Positions 26,918-36,743 of a stretch of DNA of 64,000 nt are shown piece by piece. Both the position numbers and the translations under genes were made by a program. The DNA is taken from NCBI GenBank assembly GCA_964526385.1, contig CAZGJD010000003.1:55225-119224 (forward strand), given 5' to 3'. The stretch's first letter is position 1; every line of letters starts with the position of its first letter. The notes under the pieces are model-generated. The model was not told the origin of the DNA. It made no database searches and saw only the letters and a list, made by a program, of their open reading frames with translations. Origin of the DNA: an uncultured Candidatus Poseidoniales archaeon (GTDB lineage: Archaea > Thermoplasmatota > Poseidoniia > Poseidoniales > Poseidoniaceae).

Positions 26918-27970
26918 TCATGATTTATTCTTTGAAATAATCTCATCATGTAATTTCAGATTCAGCAAAACTTCTCCGAAATCTCTTGCATATGCGCACA
27001 ATCTTCTAACAGATTCGGATAGTCTGAATAACAAAAGGTCATGCTTTGTCATCTTTCTACCTTCAATTAATTCATCTTCGTATTGGCTAATTTGAATTTG
27101 GGCCTTTTTCAATTCATGACGTGCTTCTTCGATTTCAAATGAGTTTCTGGTTCTGATGTTTATCATTAATTTCTTGATTGCTTCTTGCCATACTATTAGC
27201 TGAGTTATTGGAGATTTTCCCCTATCTAATTTTACATTATTTGCTGTTGTTATCAACTTAGCCATGTGGGTAGCATGGTCCATCATTCTCTCCAATGAAG
27301 TTGCAAGGTTAGAGTGCTCAACTGCTTGATTTCTAGCCAATTTTAGTGCTGAAGCTACTAAATGAGAATTTAGCGCAATGCTAACTTGTCTTTCTACTAG
27401 GTAAAGTAAAGCATCAACTTCTGATTCCTTATCATCCACATCATTGAGTACTTCAATTTCAAGACCATCAGATATCGAAATAATATCTCTTGTTACTGAT
27501 GTTAGTAATGAATACATTCTGTTTATGCTCGAGATTAGAGGCATTTCAGCAGCACTGATCAAACTAATCAAATCAATCCGCCGGTCTGTTTCATTCATCA
27601 TTTCAAAACCACGAGTGTTCTTCAAGAACCTTCTAATCTGTTTATGGAGCAAACGATCAATATCACTTTTGTATACGACTCTAATATTGTTTACTCCAGC
27701 AAGATAGGCGCCCATCAAATGGTCATGAAGAGATTCGTCCGGTATATTTTCTAGGTTAATTGTCACAACTTTTTCGGTATTTTGGAGAAGTTGTAATGGA
27801 GTTAATCTCAACGCACCACTGGGTCTCCAATCGATTCTAATTCCATCACGAGGTTTTAGTTTCATCTGGTCAACCCAGGTTTTTGGAAGACTAACTGTAT
27901 ATGTTGCTCCACCAGTAAGTTGCACCTTGCGGACTTCTATATCACCAGGCCCGTAATCCATTGTACTCAT
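26918..27970 (-). CDS. phosphate-uptake regulator: N-terminal AbrB/SpoVT swapped-hairpin DNA-binding domain fused to PhoU domains
   Basis: N-terminal IEVRKVQLTGGATYTVSLPKTWVDQMKLKPRDGIRIDW is typical of archaeal AbrB-PhoU regulators. The C-terminal helical PhoU-like repeats are divergent from the PiT gene. The track start at 27988 is TTG (checked); the ATG at 27970 is preferred. Confidence 0.7.
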   Translation of the reverse strand: MSTMDYGPGDIEVRKVQLTGGATYTVSLPKTWVDQMKLKPRDGIRIDWRPSGALRLTPLQLLQNTEKVVTINLENIPDESLHDHLMGAYLAGVNNIRVVYKSDIDRLLHKQIRRFLKNTRGFEMMNETDRRIDLISLISAAEMPLISSINRMYSLLTSVTRDIISISDGLEIEVLNDVDDKESEVDALLYLVERQVSIALNSHLVASALKLARNQAVEHSNLATSLERMMDHATHMAKLITTANNVKLDRGKSPITQLIVWQEAIKKLMINIRTRNSFEIEEARHELKKAQIQISQYEDELIEGRKMTKHDLLLFRLSESVRRLCAYARDFGEVLLNLKLHDEIISKNKS

Positions 27971-28043
27971 ATCTTCTAATATTGACAACTATATAGATTA
28001 CATGGGCTTTAGGTGATATACTGTTTTCTTTTGAGGAAACAAT

Positions 28044-30161
28044 ATGGAACCAGTAACAATGGTTGTTATCGGCTTGGCTTTGATTGTTTGTGCTTATATG
28101 GCATGGAACATAGGGGCAAATGATGTTGCAAACGCAATGGGAACTTCGGTTGGTTCGAAAGCACTAACGCTTAAGCAAGCGGTGATTATTGCCGCTGTTT
28201 TCGAATTCGCTGGAGCATTTTTTGCCGGTGATGCTGTCACTAAAACAGTTAGGAAGGGCATCTTAACGGTTGATTTCTCAACTGTAACTCAAGAGATTTC
28301 CCAAGATATTGCGTTTGGATTTATTGCTGCTATGATGGCGGCTGCAGTTTGGCTAACTATCGCCACAAGAATGGGTCTTCCAGTATCTACCACACACTCG
28401 ATTATCGGAGGAATAATTGGTGTTGGATTGGTATTAGAAGTCGATCACAATGCAGAATATATCGATTGGGAAGTAGTGCAAAAAGTGGTCATGAGTTGGG
28501 TCGCTAGCCCACTTATGGGTGGACTTCTCGCCTTCTTTTCTTATTGGATTATCAAAAAGACCATCCTCGACGCAGAAAATCCCGAACAAAGGTCGATGTG
28601 GTTAGCTCCTATTCTTGCATTCCCAACTTTCTTTGTTCTAGGCCTAGCACTGCAATTCAAGGCATTGAAAGGATTCTTTGCAAGAGCTGAATCAAATGGC
28701 TGGATAGAAGACAAGACTTCGTGGCTTCCCGCTAAAGAAAATGGAGTATGGGATCCATTTGCAGAGGCAGCTTGGCTCCCAATTAATTCCCTAATTCTAG
28801 CTGCAGTTATTGGCGCATTAGGTTCATTGAGCCTTTACATGGTTTTGAAGAAAATTGACATCAATGAAGAAAGCAAAGGATTCAAAGGCGTGGAGAGAAT
28901 TTTCGTATGGCTACAGATTATTACCGCAGCGTATGTGGCATTTGCACACGGAGCTAACGACCGTTCGAATGCTATTGGACCTATGGCTGCAGTTTGGCAA
29001 GTATTGTCAAATGATTCAGGCATGCTAATGGAACAAGCCGATATCCCTCTCTGGTTAGTTCTGCTTGGTTCAGCAGGTATTGCAATTGGTGTGATGACTT
29101 GGGGATGGAGAGTTATGGAGACTGTTGGAAAGAAGATTACAGAAATCACACCAACACGTGGATTCGCTGCCGAATTTGGTGCTGCAACGACAATCTTGGT
29201 TTTCTCAATGCCTTTCTTGGCAGTACCTGTTTCAACAACCCACACACTAGTTGGTGCTGTTGTCGGCGTAGGTTTAGCTGGTGGAGCAAAGGCAGTAGAT
29301 TTCAGAGTATTTGGAAAGATTGCAGCATCCTGGGTCGCAAGCGTCCCTGTAGCGGCATTCGGTGCAGCAACAATCTACATCGCTTCAGGCGGAGATAATC
29401 TCAAAATGATTATCCTGCTACCGATTGCTTTCGCAGCAGTAGGAATTGCCATGTGGAGAACACGAGGTGGGGAAATCCATGTCGAGGAAGCATTATCGGA
29501 TGCTGGAAGTTCTGAAAAAGGAGAAACACCATTTGAGTTATTCCATAAACACGCTGTTGCGGTCGAAGCAACTGTTTCCCACATGTTAGATGCGGTCAAC
29601 AAAACCGCCAGTGGTGAAGATGCAAGTGATGAAATCAAGGCTACAGTAGAAGCGGAGTTAGATGCAGACAATATCAAAACTGAACTGAGAGATATGATGC
29701 AGGATACCGACATAAGATTGATTGTTTCAATGGATGATTTCTTGAGAATGCTGTCGAGGCAGGATAGAATTGCTGACTATGCTCAGAATGTTGCTGAACA
29801 ATTGAGTTTCAGAAAATTATACGATAACAAAGAAGCAAGAGAAATGCTGGTTGAGATGGCAGAAGCTGTTTCTGCGACAGTCGCAATATACGAAGACACC
29901 GTTGAGTCTTTGAGAGACTTATCTCTTGGTGGAGAAACCAGAATTGCAAAGCGCAAGATAATGGAATTGATCAAGGAAGTCAACCTGAAGGAGCACGAAG
30001 CAGATGAAGTTGAAGCAAAGGCCGCTGCTCATGTATTTTCTACAGGCGATGATGATGCTTTGGCTGCAATGCACATGTACAGAGTTCTTCAGAGAATGGA
30101 TGACGTGGCGAATGCATGTGAAAAGGCGGCTAACGCATTAATTCCTCTATTGACCAAATAA
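28044..30161 (+). CDS. inorganic phosphate (or sulfate) permease of the PiT family fused to a C-terminal PhoU-like domain
   Basis: The PiT signature GANDVANAMGTSVGS appears near the N-terminus and the repeat GANDRSNAIGPMAA in the second half. About 10 TM helices. A C-terminal soluble helical region of about 200 aa resembles PhoU. A TATA-like CTATATAGA sits about 50 nt upstream and a GAGGA SD-like element lies just before the ATG. Confidence 0.85.
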   Translation: MEPVTMVVIGLALIVCAYMAWNIGANDVANAMGTSVGSKALTLKQAVIIAAVFEFAGAFFAGDAVTKTVRKGILTVDFSTVTQEISQDIAFGFIAAMMAAAVWLTIATRMGLPVSTTHSIIGGIIGVGLVLEVDHNAEYIDWEVVQKVVMSWVASPLMGGLLAFFSYWIIKKTILDAENPEQRSMWLAPILAFPTFFVLGLALQFKALKGFFARAESNGWIEDKTSWLPAKENGVWDPFAEAAWLPINSLILAAVIGALGSLSLYMVLKKIDINEESKGFKGVERIFVWLQIITAAYVAFAHGANDRSNAIGPMAAVWQVLSNDSGMLMEQADIPLWLVLLGSAGIAIGVMTWGWRVMETVGKKITEITPTRGFAAEFGAATTILVFSMPFLAVPVSTTHTLVGAVVGVGLAGGAKAVDFRVFGKIAASWVASVPVAAFGAATIYIASGGDNLKMIILLPIAFAAVGIAMWRTRGGEIHVEEALSDAGSSEKGETPFELFHKHAVAVEATVSHMLDAVNKTASGEDASDEIKATVEAELDADNIKTELRDMMQDTDIRLIVSMDDFLRMLSRQDRIADYAQNVAEQLSFRKLYDNKEAREMLVEMAEAVSATVAIYEDTVESLRDLSLGGETRIAKRKIMELIKEVNLKEHEADEVEAKAAAHVFSTGDDDALAAMHMYRVLQRMDDVANACEKAANALIPLLTK

Positions 30162-30255
30162 GGATGAATGCATTGATTTGATTCAGTAAGTTGTTTCTGG
30201 GTTTTATAGAAGAAAGCATCAAAACCCTACACTTATCCGACATAGTGATGCTAAT

Positions 30256-33200
30256 ATGACTGCAAGGGCTATTTCACTAATTGTCATACTCTTATTGGCA
30301 CCTGTTTCAATCTTGATTGAGCCAATAGAAGCAGGCGTTTCTGGGAGGGCATTGGCTTGCTCAGGCTCGGTATGCCTAAACGAGGCTTTACCGAATCCAA
30401 GTGGATATGATGATGCAACATGGCCTAATGGAGAATGGATGGAGATTCATAATTCAGGGTCTACAGCAATTGATATTCTAAATTGGGAACTCGAAAATAA
30501 AGCAGGAAAGATTCTACAATTCAATTCGACGACAATAGTCGGCTTTGAAAGTGGCAATTCATCGACCTGGACAATTTCACCTGGTGAGTATATGGTAATT
30601 GCAAGAAATGGATATGGTAATTTCTACTTGACAAATTCATTCGATTACATAACTATGACAGACGCATCTGGCAACTTCAAAGACCAAGCCTCTTGGAATT
30701 CAACATCGTCTGGCGTCAGCTTAGAAGAGGATTCAGCAAACTCGATGAACGATTGGATTCCAACCAACACACCAACCCCAGGATCGGCAAATAGTCAAGC
30801 AACTGGACCTGTTTACACTGGAGTATTGTTCAATGAAGTTATGGCAAACCCATTCTTTTCTGAGGATAATTCTTCATGGCCGGGCGGTGAGTGGATTGAA
30901 CTGCACAACGAAGGCACATCAGATGTAGATTTGACAGGATGGACAATCGTTGATAATGCTGGAAATAATATCCCCCTAAATGAATCACACTTAATAGGAA
31001 ATTCCAATATCATAGTAGCTGGAGGATACAGGGTTATTGCAGTCAATTCATCCAATGCATGGGGTGTTTTGAATAACGGAGCAGAAAGTTTGCGATTGAC
31101 CATTGCAAATGGTTCCACCACAGACCAAATTTCTTGGACTGATACCGTTGCTGGATTTTCATCAGAAGAACTCGCAGATGGTTCTTGGTTCGTAACTTCT
31201 TATCCATCACCCGGAACTGAAAACCCTAACCTTTGGACAAATATTGTTGACATGCAATCTGACGTTGTAATTACCGAGGTATTGGCTAATTCATCTAGAG
31301 ATGGATTCGCATATCCGGAAGGAGAATGGGTGGAATTGCACAACACAGGAAATACAGACTGGGACCTAGCTGACTGGAAAATAAGAGACGGAATGGGAAA
31401 TTTGACTCATATCAATATTGGAAATCTGGTAATGAATAATTCGCAACCAGGGACAATTATTGCAGCAGATTCTAGAAGACTCGTTCAATTTTCAGAATTG
31501 GTGACATTATGGAACCAGTATAACCATTTAATGCTGGAAGACCCTACTGGGAATGTCGTTTACAAAGCATGGTGGGATTCTGACCCTGGATTAAACAACT
31601 CTTTGATTGAGGCCCAAAATCCAGATCTTCCTTGGGTTATAGCGAGTTGGCCAACACCCGAAAATCCAGAACCAGGCACTACTTCGATTGTTGGAGATAT
31701 AGCATTCAATGAAATATTCCCCGACGCAATAGGAAACGATACCGATGTTTGGCCAAATGGTGAATGGATTGAATTGATTAACACAGGTACTCAATCAGTA
31801 GATATCGCAAATTGGTACTTTTCATCAGGTTCGAGAAATTTCAATATTAACGTAATTCAACTACCTGAAAAAGATAGTACGACAATAAACCCGGGTGAAA
31901 TTTTCGTTGTCGCCATAAATGGAACACAGAGTTTCTACCTAAAGAACACCGCACCTGATACAATTGAACTAAGGAATTCTGCAAATCAAATTGTTTCAAC
32001 AATAACTTACAACAAAACAACAGAAGGAGAATCGCTTTGGTATTGGAATAACGACTGGACTCAAGCACCTTATCCAACCCCTAATCAGCCGAACCCGCAA
32101 ACTTCTCCTTACGCTGGAGATGTTAGCATAGAAATTACCGAGGTGCTAGCCCACTGTTCTTCCGACACTATCACGCCGTTAGACGATTGGATTGAAGTCA
32201 ATAATACTGGAGGCCAAGCGATTGATTTGAATGCGTGGAGATTAATTTCTGGAGACGGTGATCTAATTCATGCAAGGTCTGACCGATTGTACAATTCAAT
32301 CAACACTCTAATCCAGCCTGCAGACAGAAAAATAATCACTGCTCCGAACTGGTTTATCAGTGGCCTCGGCGATTCAGTAACCCTCGAGGACCCTGATGGA
32401 AACGTCGTTGATTCTGTTGTTTGGACGACTGTCACTGATTGTAAAACAATGGACTCAGATGGCGAGGTATTACCTTGGCCAACGCCCGGTTATGAGGAAC
32501 CTGATATTTCCTCATACGCAGGTCCAGAAGACCTCGTTTTTAGTAGATTCATGTTCCAAGAATCAAGTGCTTCAACCAATGATGAATTCTTTGAGATAAC
32601 AAACATCGGAAATCGAACCGCCGTAATGACCGGCTGGACCGTAACAAAAACAACAACTAGTGGACAATCATTCAATGGTACATTCAATTCCTTATTCATA
32701 GATTCAGGGAATTCAGTTATCATCAGCCCAGATGCAAGTGCTGTTAAGGCAATGGAACAATCAACAATTGTTAATGCAGAGGATGTAATGGATTTCCCAG
32801 TTTGGCTTCCTGACAGTGGTTCTACAATACAATTGATTTCTCCACTTGGGGTAGTTGCTGACACTTTCGTATATGGCAACGGACCAACTGACCTTGTTGG
32901 ATGGTCCGGTCCAGCGATTAGTGAACCTGTAACAACTGTGGATAGAATTCTGTATATTCGTGGCGATGGTTGTGGAAACTTGGTTGACACAAACCAATCC
33001 GCTGATTGGGAGATTAGGTGGTCGGTTGCAGGGGCTTCACACTTCTGTGGTATTAACTCATTTTCAGACAACGCAAACGTTACGCCGTTGATTGCACCAG
33101 AAGCAGGTTTAGACAATGTTGTTTCGATGATTAATGATGCTCAACAAAGCATACACGTACACATTTACCAACTGCATCATGTTAACCTCGCTTATGCATT

Positions 33201-35013
33201 AATTCAAGCACAGACTAGAGGGGTCGAAGTGACGGTAGTTATTCACGAGCCTGAAAATTGGTGGTCTCAAAGCGAGATTTCTCAAAGTAGAGGCATAGCA
33301 TATGAATTAGAAAATTCCGGTGTAGATGTCCTGCAATTCTCATCATCTTCATCCTCACCATACCAGTACCTTCACTCCAAAGTATCAGTAGTGGACGATG
33401 AAGTCGTTTGGTTCGGTTCTGGTAATTGGAAATCTTCCAGTATGCCAGCAGATAATCGTGGCAATCGAGACTGGGGTATAATCATCGAGAGTTCTGATTT
33501 AGCGCAAATCGTCCTTGAAAGGATAACATTTGATGAAGACCCAAGCCAACTCCATGTTGAAGATTCCACATTTACACAACCCGCATCGGGTTCATATGAA
33601 TCTCCAATTGAATACGTACCAACAAACATCAAACAACCTATGCTTGAATCTGTAAATGGGGAATTGTTGACCTGTCCAGATGATTGTGTACAAGGACTTG
33701 CGGAATTGATTCAATCCGCAGAATCCGAAATCTTGCTATCCTTGCAATATTTCGAAATGGACTGGTATTGGGGTTGGCAAACAAACCCCCTCCTCGAATC
33801 CTTGGAGGATGCTGCTGAGAGAGGTATAACAATACGCATGGCAATCAATCAACACTACGTAAATGAAAATCCTGGGATAAGAGAAGCAGTGAATGAGTTA
33901 AACAGTTGGCAAGGTGATGTTGAAGCAGTCCTCATGTCTGAAAACGAAACTGTCCGAAAACTTCACAACAAAGGTATGATTATCGATGGAGAAATTGTCT
34001 TAGTTTCCAGTATCAACTGGGGTGATAACTCAATTCTAAGAAATAGGGAGATGGGAATCGCAATTGAGAACGCAAACATCGCTGCCGTTTACGAACAGTC
34101 ATTCTGGGAAGACTGGAATAGAATGGATACCTACACAGATACGGATATTGATGGAATTCCAGATTATTGGGAGCTAGAAAATGGGTTGGACAGAACCATG
34201 GATGACAGTGGGCTCGACAATGATAATGACGGAATTACTAACCATGGAGAATTTACATATGGTTCAGATCCAAACTCGAACGATAGCGATGGAGATTGTA
34301 TTCTTGATGGGGATGAGGTAATTTGGGCGTCACAAACAACAGGAGTTACAGCAAGCAATGCTCTCTTGCTTGAGGATGCAGATCTAGATGGGTTAAAGGA
34401 TAGTGAAACACTTGGTTGCAAACCTGAAATTCAAGGAGAAATCATGGATGAAGATGACGACGGAGTGGTTGATTCTGAAGATGATTGCCCCAATACTGCA
34501 ACTGGCGACCAAGTTAATTCAGATGGCTGTTCACCTGAACAGATTACTCAACCTGTAAACAATAATGATGCAGATGAGGACGGGATTCCAGATGATGAAG
34601 ATGAATGTCCGAACACACCCCCAGAAACGGCTACAGATACACAAGGATGTTCCAGTGAGCAAAATAAGGAACAATCTTCAGATGATTCCCAAGGTAGTAA
34701 TGATTCCAGTGGGTTAAACTTCATGATAGTTTTAATCGTAATTGGCACAATCATTTGTGGAGGTGCACTGTTCGTTCTATTGAGGAATCCAACACCACAG
34801 GTTGACGTTTTGGAAGGTATAGATGATGATTCTAAGTCGTATGAAATGCCAGTTTTGGACGGCACTAACGAAGTAGAAAATCAAGGAGGAATAGATATGA
34901 GTAAATTCCCAGGATGGGACACTAGTCAAGTTGAGCGTTACCTAGAATCTGGGTGGACCGAGGAACAACTATCTGAATGGTATCAGCAACAAATTGAGGA
35001 AAATTCCGCATAA
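30256..35013 (+). CDS. 1,585-aa secreted surface protein: signal peptide, at least 5 lamin-tail-domain (LTD) repeats, a phospholipase-D-family (two HKD motifs) phosphodiesterase/nuclease domain, thrombospondin-type-3-like Ca-binding repeats, and a C-terminal TM anchor
   Basis: Signal peptide MTARAISLIVILLLAPVSILIEPIEAG. LTD-like repeats EVMANP...WPGGEWIELHNEGTSDVDLTGWTIVDNAGN, EVLANS...EGEWVELHNTGNTDWDLADWKIRDGMGN and three more. HKD motifs HSKVSVVDDEVVWFGSGNW (nt ~33361-33430) and HNKGMIIDGEIVLVSSINW (~33961-34020). D-rich repeats DTDIDGIPD, DNDNDGITNHGE, DSDGDCILDGDE, DEDDDGVVDSEDDCPNT. TM helix MIVLIVIGTIICGGALFVLL. Confidence 0.75.
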   Translation: MTARAISLIVILLLAPVSILIEPIEAGVSGRALACSGSVCLNEALPNPSGYDDATWPNGEWMEIHNSGSTAIDILNWELENKAGKILQFNSTTIVGFESGNSSTWTISPGEYMVIARNGYGNFYLTNSFDYITMTDASGNFKDQASWNSTSSGVSLEEDSANSMNDWIPTNTPTPGSANSQATGPVYTGVLFNEVMANPFFSEDNSSWPGGEWIELHNEGTSDVDLTGWTIVDNAGNNIPLNESHLIGNSNIIVAGGYRVIAVNSSNAWGVLNNGAESLRLTIANGSTTDQISWTDTVAGFSSEELADGSWFVTSYPSPGTENPNLWTNIVDMQSDVVITEVLANSSRDGFAYPEGEWVELHNTGNTDWDLADWKIRDGMGNLTHINIGNLVMNNSQPGTIIAADSRRLVQFSELVTLWNQYNHLMLEDPTGNVVYKAWWDSDPGLNNSLIEAQNPDLPWVIASWPTPENPEPGTTSIVGDIAFNEIFPDAIGNDTDVWPNGEWIELINTGTQSVDIANWYFSSGSRNFNINVIQLPEKDSTTINPGEIFVVAINGTQSFYLKNTAPDTIELRNSANQIVSTITYNKTTEGESLWYWNNDWTQAPYPTPNQPNPQTSPYAGDVSIEITEVLAHCSSDTITPLDDWIEVNNTGGQAIDLNAWRLISGDGDLIHARSDRLYNSINTLIQPADRKIITAPNWFISGLGDSVTLEDPDGNVVDSVVWTTVTDCKTMDSDGEVLPWPTPGYEEPDISSYAGPEDLVFSRFMFQESSASTNDEFFEITNIGNRTAVMTGWTVTKTTTSGQSFNGTFNSLFIDSGNSVIISPDASAVKAMEQSTIVNAEDVMDFPVWLPDSGSTIQLISPLGVVADTFVYGNGPTDLVGWSGPAISEPVTTVDRILYIRGDGCGNLVDTNQSADWEIRWSVAGASHFCGINSFSDNANVTPLIAPEAGLDNVVSMINDAQQSIHVHIYQLHHVNLAYALIQAQTRGVEVTVVIHEPENWWSQSEISQSRGIAYELENSGVDVLQFSSSSSSPYQYLHSKVSVVDDEVVWFGSGNWKSSSMPADNRGNRDWGIIIESSDLAQIVLERITFDEDPSQLHVEDSTFTQPASGSYESPIEYVPTNIKQPMLESVNGELLTCPDDCVQGLAELIQSAESEILLSLQYFEMDWYWGWQTNPLLESLEDAAERGITIRMAINQHYVNENPGIREAVNELNSWQGDVEAVLMSENETVRKLHNKGMIIDGEIVLVSSINWGDNSILRNREMGIAIENANIAAVYEQSFWEDWNRMDTYTDTDIDGIPDYWELENGLDRTMDDSGLDNDNDGITNHGEFTYGSDPNSNDSDGDCILDGDEVIWASQTTGVTASNALLLEDADLDGLKDSETLGCKPEIQGEIMDEDDDGVVDSEDDCPNTATGDQVNSDGCSPEQITQPVNNNDADEDGIPDDEDECPNTPPETATDTQGCSSEQNKEQSSDDSQGSNDSSGLNFMIVLIVIGTIICGGALFVLLRNPTPQVDVLEGIDDDSKSYEMPVLDGTNEVENQGGIDMSKFPGWDTSQVERYLESGWTEEQLSEWYQQQIEENSA

Positions 35014-35051
35014 GATTCACAAAGGAGTGCTGTTATCCCTGTCTGAGTCAC

Positions 35052-35801
35052 ATGGTGTTTAGACAAAGCAACCCCGCCCTGAATCCAAATTATTTCCGTG
35101 GAGAAATGGGCACAGAAACGATGTCAATTGAAGGAACGATTAGTAAAACCTTGACACTACTTAGCCTTGTAGGTATATCGGCATTAGTCGCATATTCTCT
35201 ATGTCTACAAAATCCCGCATACGGTGGGATGATGATAATCGGTGGCGGTGTAGGTGGATTTATACTCGCTCTCATTATCATCCTAACACGCCCATCTCAA
35301 CCACAGGTTTTGATGAGTATGTATGCCCTACTGGAAGGATTATTTGTTGGTGCATTCTCATTTATGGTTGAGCATTACTATTTGGGTGGCAGTGACGGTG
35401 TCGTTCTACAAGCATTAGCTGGAACAATCGGTGTTTTCATTACTATGCTGACTCTTTACAGAATGAGAATAATTCAGCCAACTGAGAAATTCACTTTGGC
35501 GGTTGTCTCTGTTGGTTTTGCAATCATGATGATTTACATGTTCAACTTCATGTTGAGTTTCATGGGTGCAAGCATTCCTTTCATCCACAGTAATGGTGCT
35601 ATCGGAATCGGAATTAGCGTAGTTTTTACCGGAGTTGCAGCCCTATTCCTTATCCTCGATTTCGGTGTAATCGAAAACGGAGTAAAGCACGGTGCTCCCA
35701 AAAATATGGAATGGTACGGCGCTTTTGGCTTAGTGATAACCCTTATCTGGCTTTACATTGAGATGTTGAAATTAATCGCTAAACTAAATTCTCGTGATTA
35801 A
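35052..35801 (+). CDS. 7-TM membrane protein, possibly of the Bax-inhibitor-1/YccA family
   Basis: About 249 aa with 7 predicted TM helices. The C-terminal YGAFGLVITLIWLYIEMLKLIAKL resembles the BI-1 C-terminal motif. Assignment is by overall architecture only. Confidence 0.4.
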   Translation: MVFRQSNPALNPNYFRGEMGTETMSIEGTISKTLTLLSLVGISALVAYSLCLQNPAYGGMMIIGGGVGGFILALIIILTRPSQPQVLMSMYALLEGLFVGAFSFMVEHYYLGGSDGVVLQALAGTIGVFITMLTLYRMRIIQPTEKFTLAVVSVGFAIMMIYMFNFMLSFMGASIPFIHSNGAIGIGISVVFTGVAALFLILDFGVIENGVKHGAPKNMEWYGAFGLVITLIWLYIEMLKLIAKLNSRD

Positions 35802-35802
35802 A

Positions 35803-36735
35803 ATGACAAGATCACTTACCGTTTGTAATCTATCCGATTACAGAGCTGGAGGAAAAAGACGTGACGACTTCATAAATTCTCTAGGGGAGGCTTTACAGGA
35901 CATTGGATTTTTCGCATTGACAGGCCACGGGATAAGCACTGAAGCAATACAGAAATCCTACAATGTGGCTGAGGAATTCTTCAGTCTGCCTCAAGAAACC
36001 AAATCAAAATATGAACAATCCACAATCTCAAGACAGAGGGGTTACACTCCTTTCGGTGTTGAGCATGCTAAAGATAATCCAGCGCCCGACCTGAAAGAGT
36101 TTTGGCAAACTGGAAGAACAGTTGATGACGAAAATTTCCCAAAAAATATTTGGCCAGAGGAAGCAGTTGGATTTGAGGATTCGATTGATGGACTTTACCA
36201 AGCCATGGAGTCGATGAGCCTCGAATTACTATCAGCCGCTTCTGTATTTCTCGGTAAAGATGCTAATTGGCTACCTTCCATGGCGGAAAACGGTAACACA
36301 ATTCTGCGAGTAATCCACTATCCAGCTCTAGGCGATAATGCACCAGAAGGTGCAGTAAGAAGCGCAAAACACGAAGATATCAACCTCATAACCCTCTTGG
36401 TAGGTGCTACAGCCGACGGATTACAAGTTATGGACCACGATGGGACCTGGATTGAAGTTGAAGGGAATCACGACCATATCATCGTAGATAGTGGAGACAT
36501 GTTACAAAACTTGACTAATGGATTGTTCAAATCTACAACTCATAGAGTAATAAATCCTCCAGACAATCACACAGATAGATACTCGATGCCGATGTTTGTT
36601 CATCCAAGAAACGAAATTGACCTAACTCCACTTCCAGAATTTGTCGCTCAAACGGGTGGAGAAGTGCTTTACGATTCGATTAATGCTGGAGACTATCTTC
36701 ACCAGAGACTCGTTGAGATAGGTTTGGCTTCTTAG
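35803..36735 (+). CDS. 2-oxoglutarate/Fe(II)-dependent dioxygenase (isopenicillin-N-synthase-like, DIOX_N plus 2OG-FeII_Oxy)
   Basis: HxD...H facial triad context HYPALGDNAPEGAVRSAKHEDINLITLL ... LFKSTTHRVINP with R-x-S. Track start at 35794 is GTG; the ATG at 35803 follows the upstream stop directly. Confidence 0.75.
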   Translation: MTRSLTVCNLSDYRAGGKRRDDFINSLGEALQDIGFFALTGHGISTEAIQKSYNVAEEFFSLPQETKSKYEQSTISRQRGYTPFGVEHAKDNPAPDLKEFWQTGRTVDDENFPKNIWPEEAVGFEDSIDGLYQAMESMSLELLSAASVFLGKDANWLPSMAENGNTILRVIHYPALGDNAPEGAVRSAKHEDINLITLLVGATADGLQVMDHDGTWIEVEGNHDHIIVDSGDMLQNLTNGLFKSTTHRVINPPDNHTDRYSMPMFVHPRNEIDLTPLPEFVAQTGGEVLYDSINAGDYLHQRLVEIGLAS

Positions 36736-36743
36736 GTGTGAAT

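Noticed and set aside
28835-29713. 136-, 99- and 112-aa ORFs inside the PiT gene
   Set aside because: They are antisense or out-of-frame overlaps of a CDS carrying both PiT signature repeats.
32490-33116. 208-aa minus-strand ORF inside the LTD/PLD gene
   Set aside because: It is antisense to a CDS supported by LTD repeats on both sides. Its translation is low-complexity.
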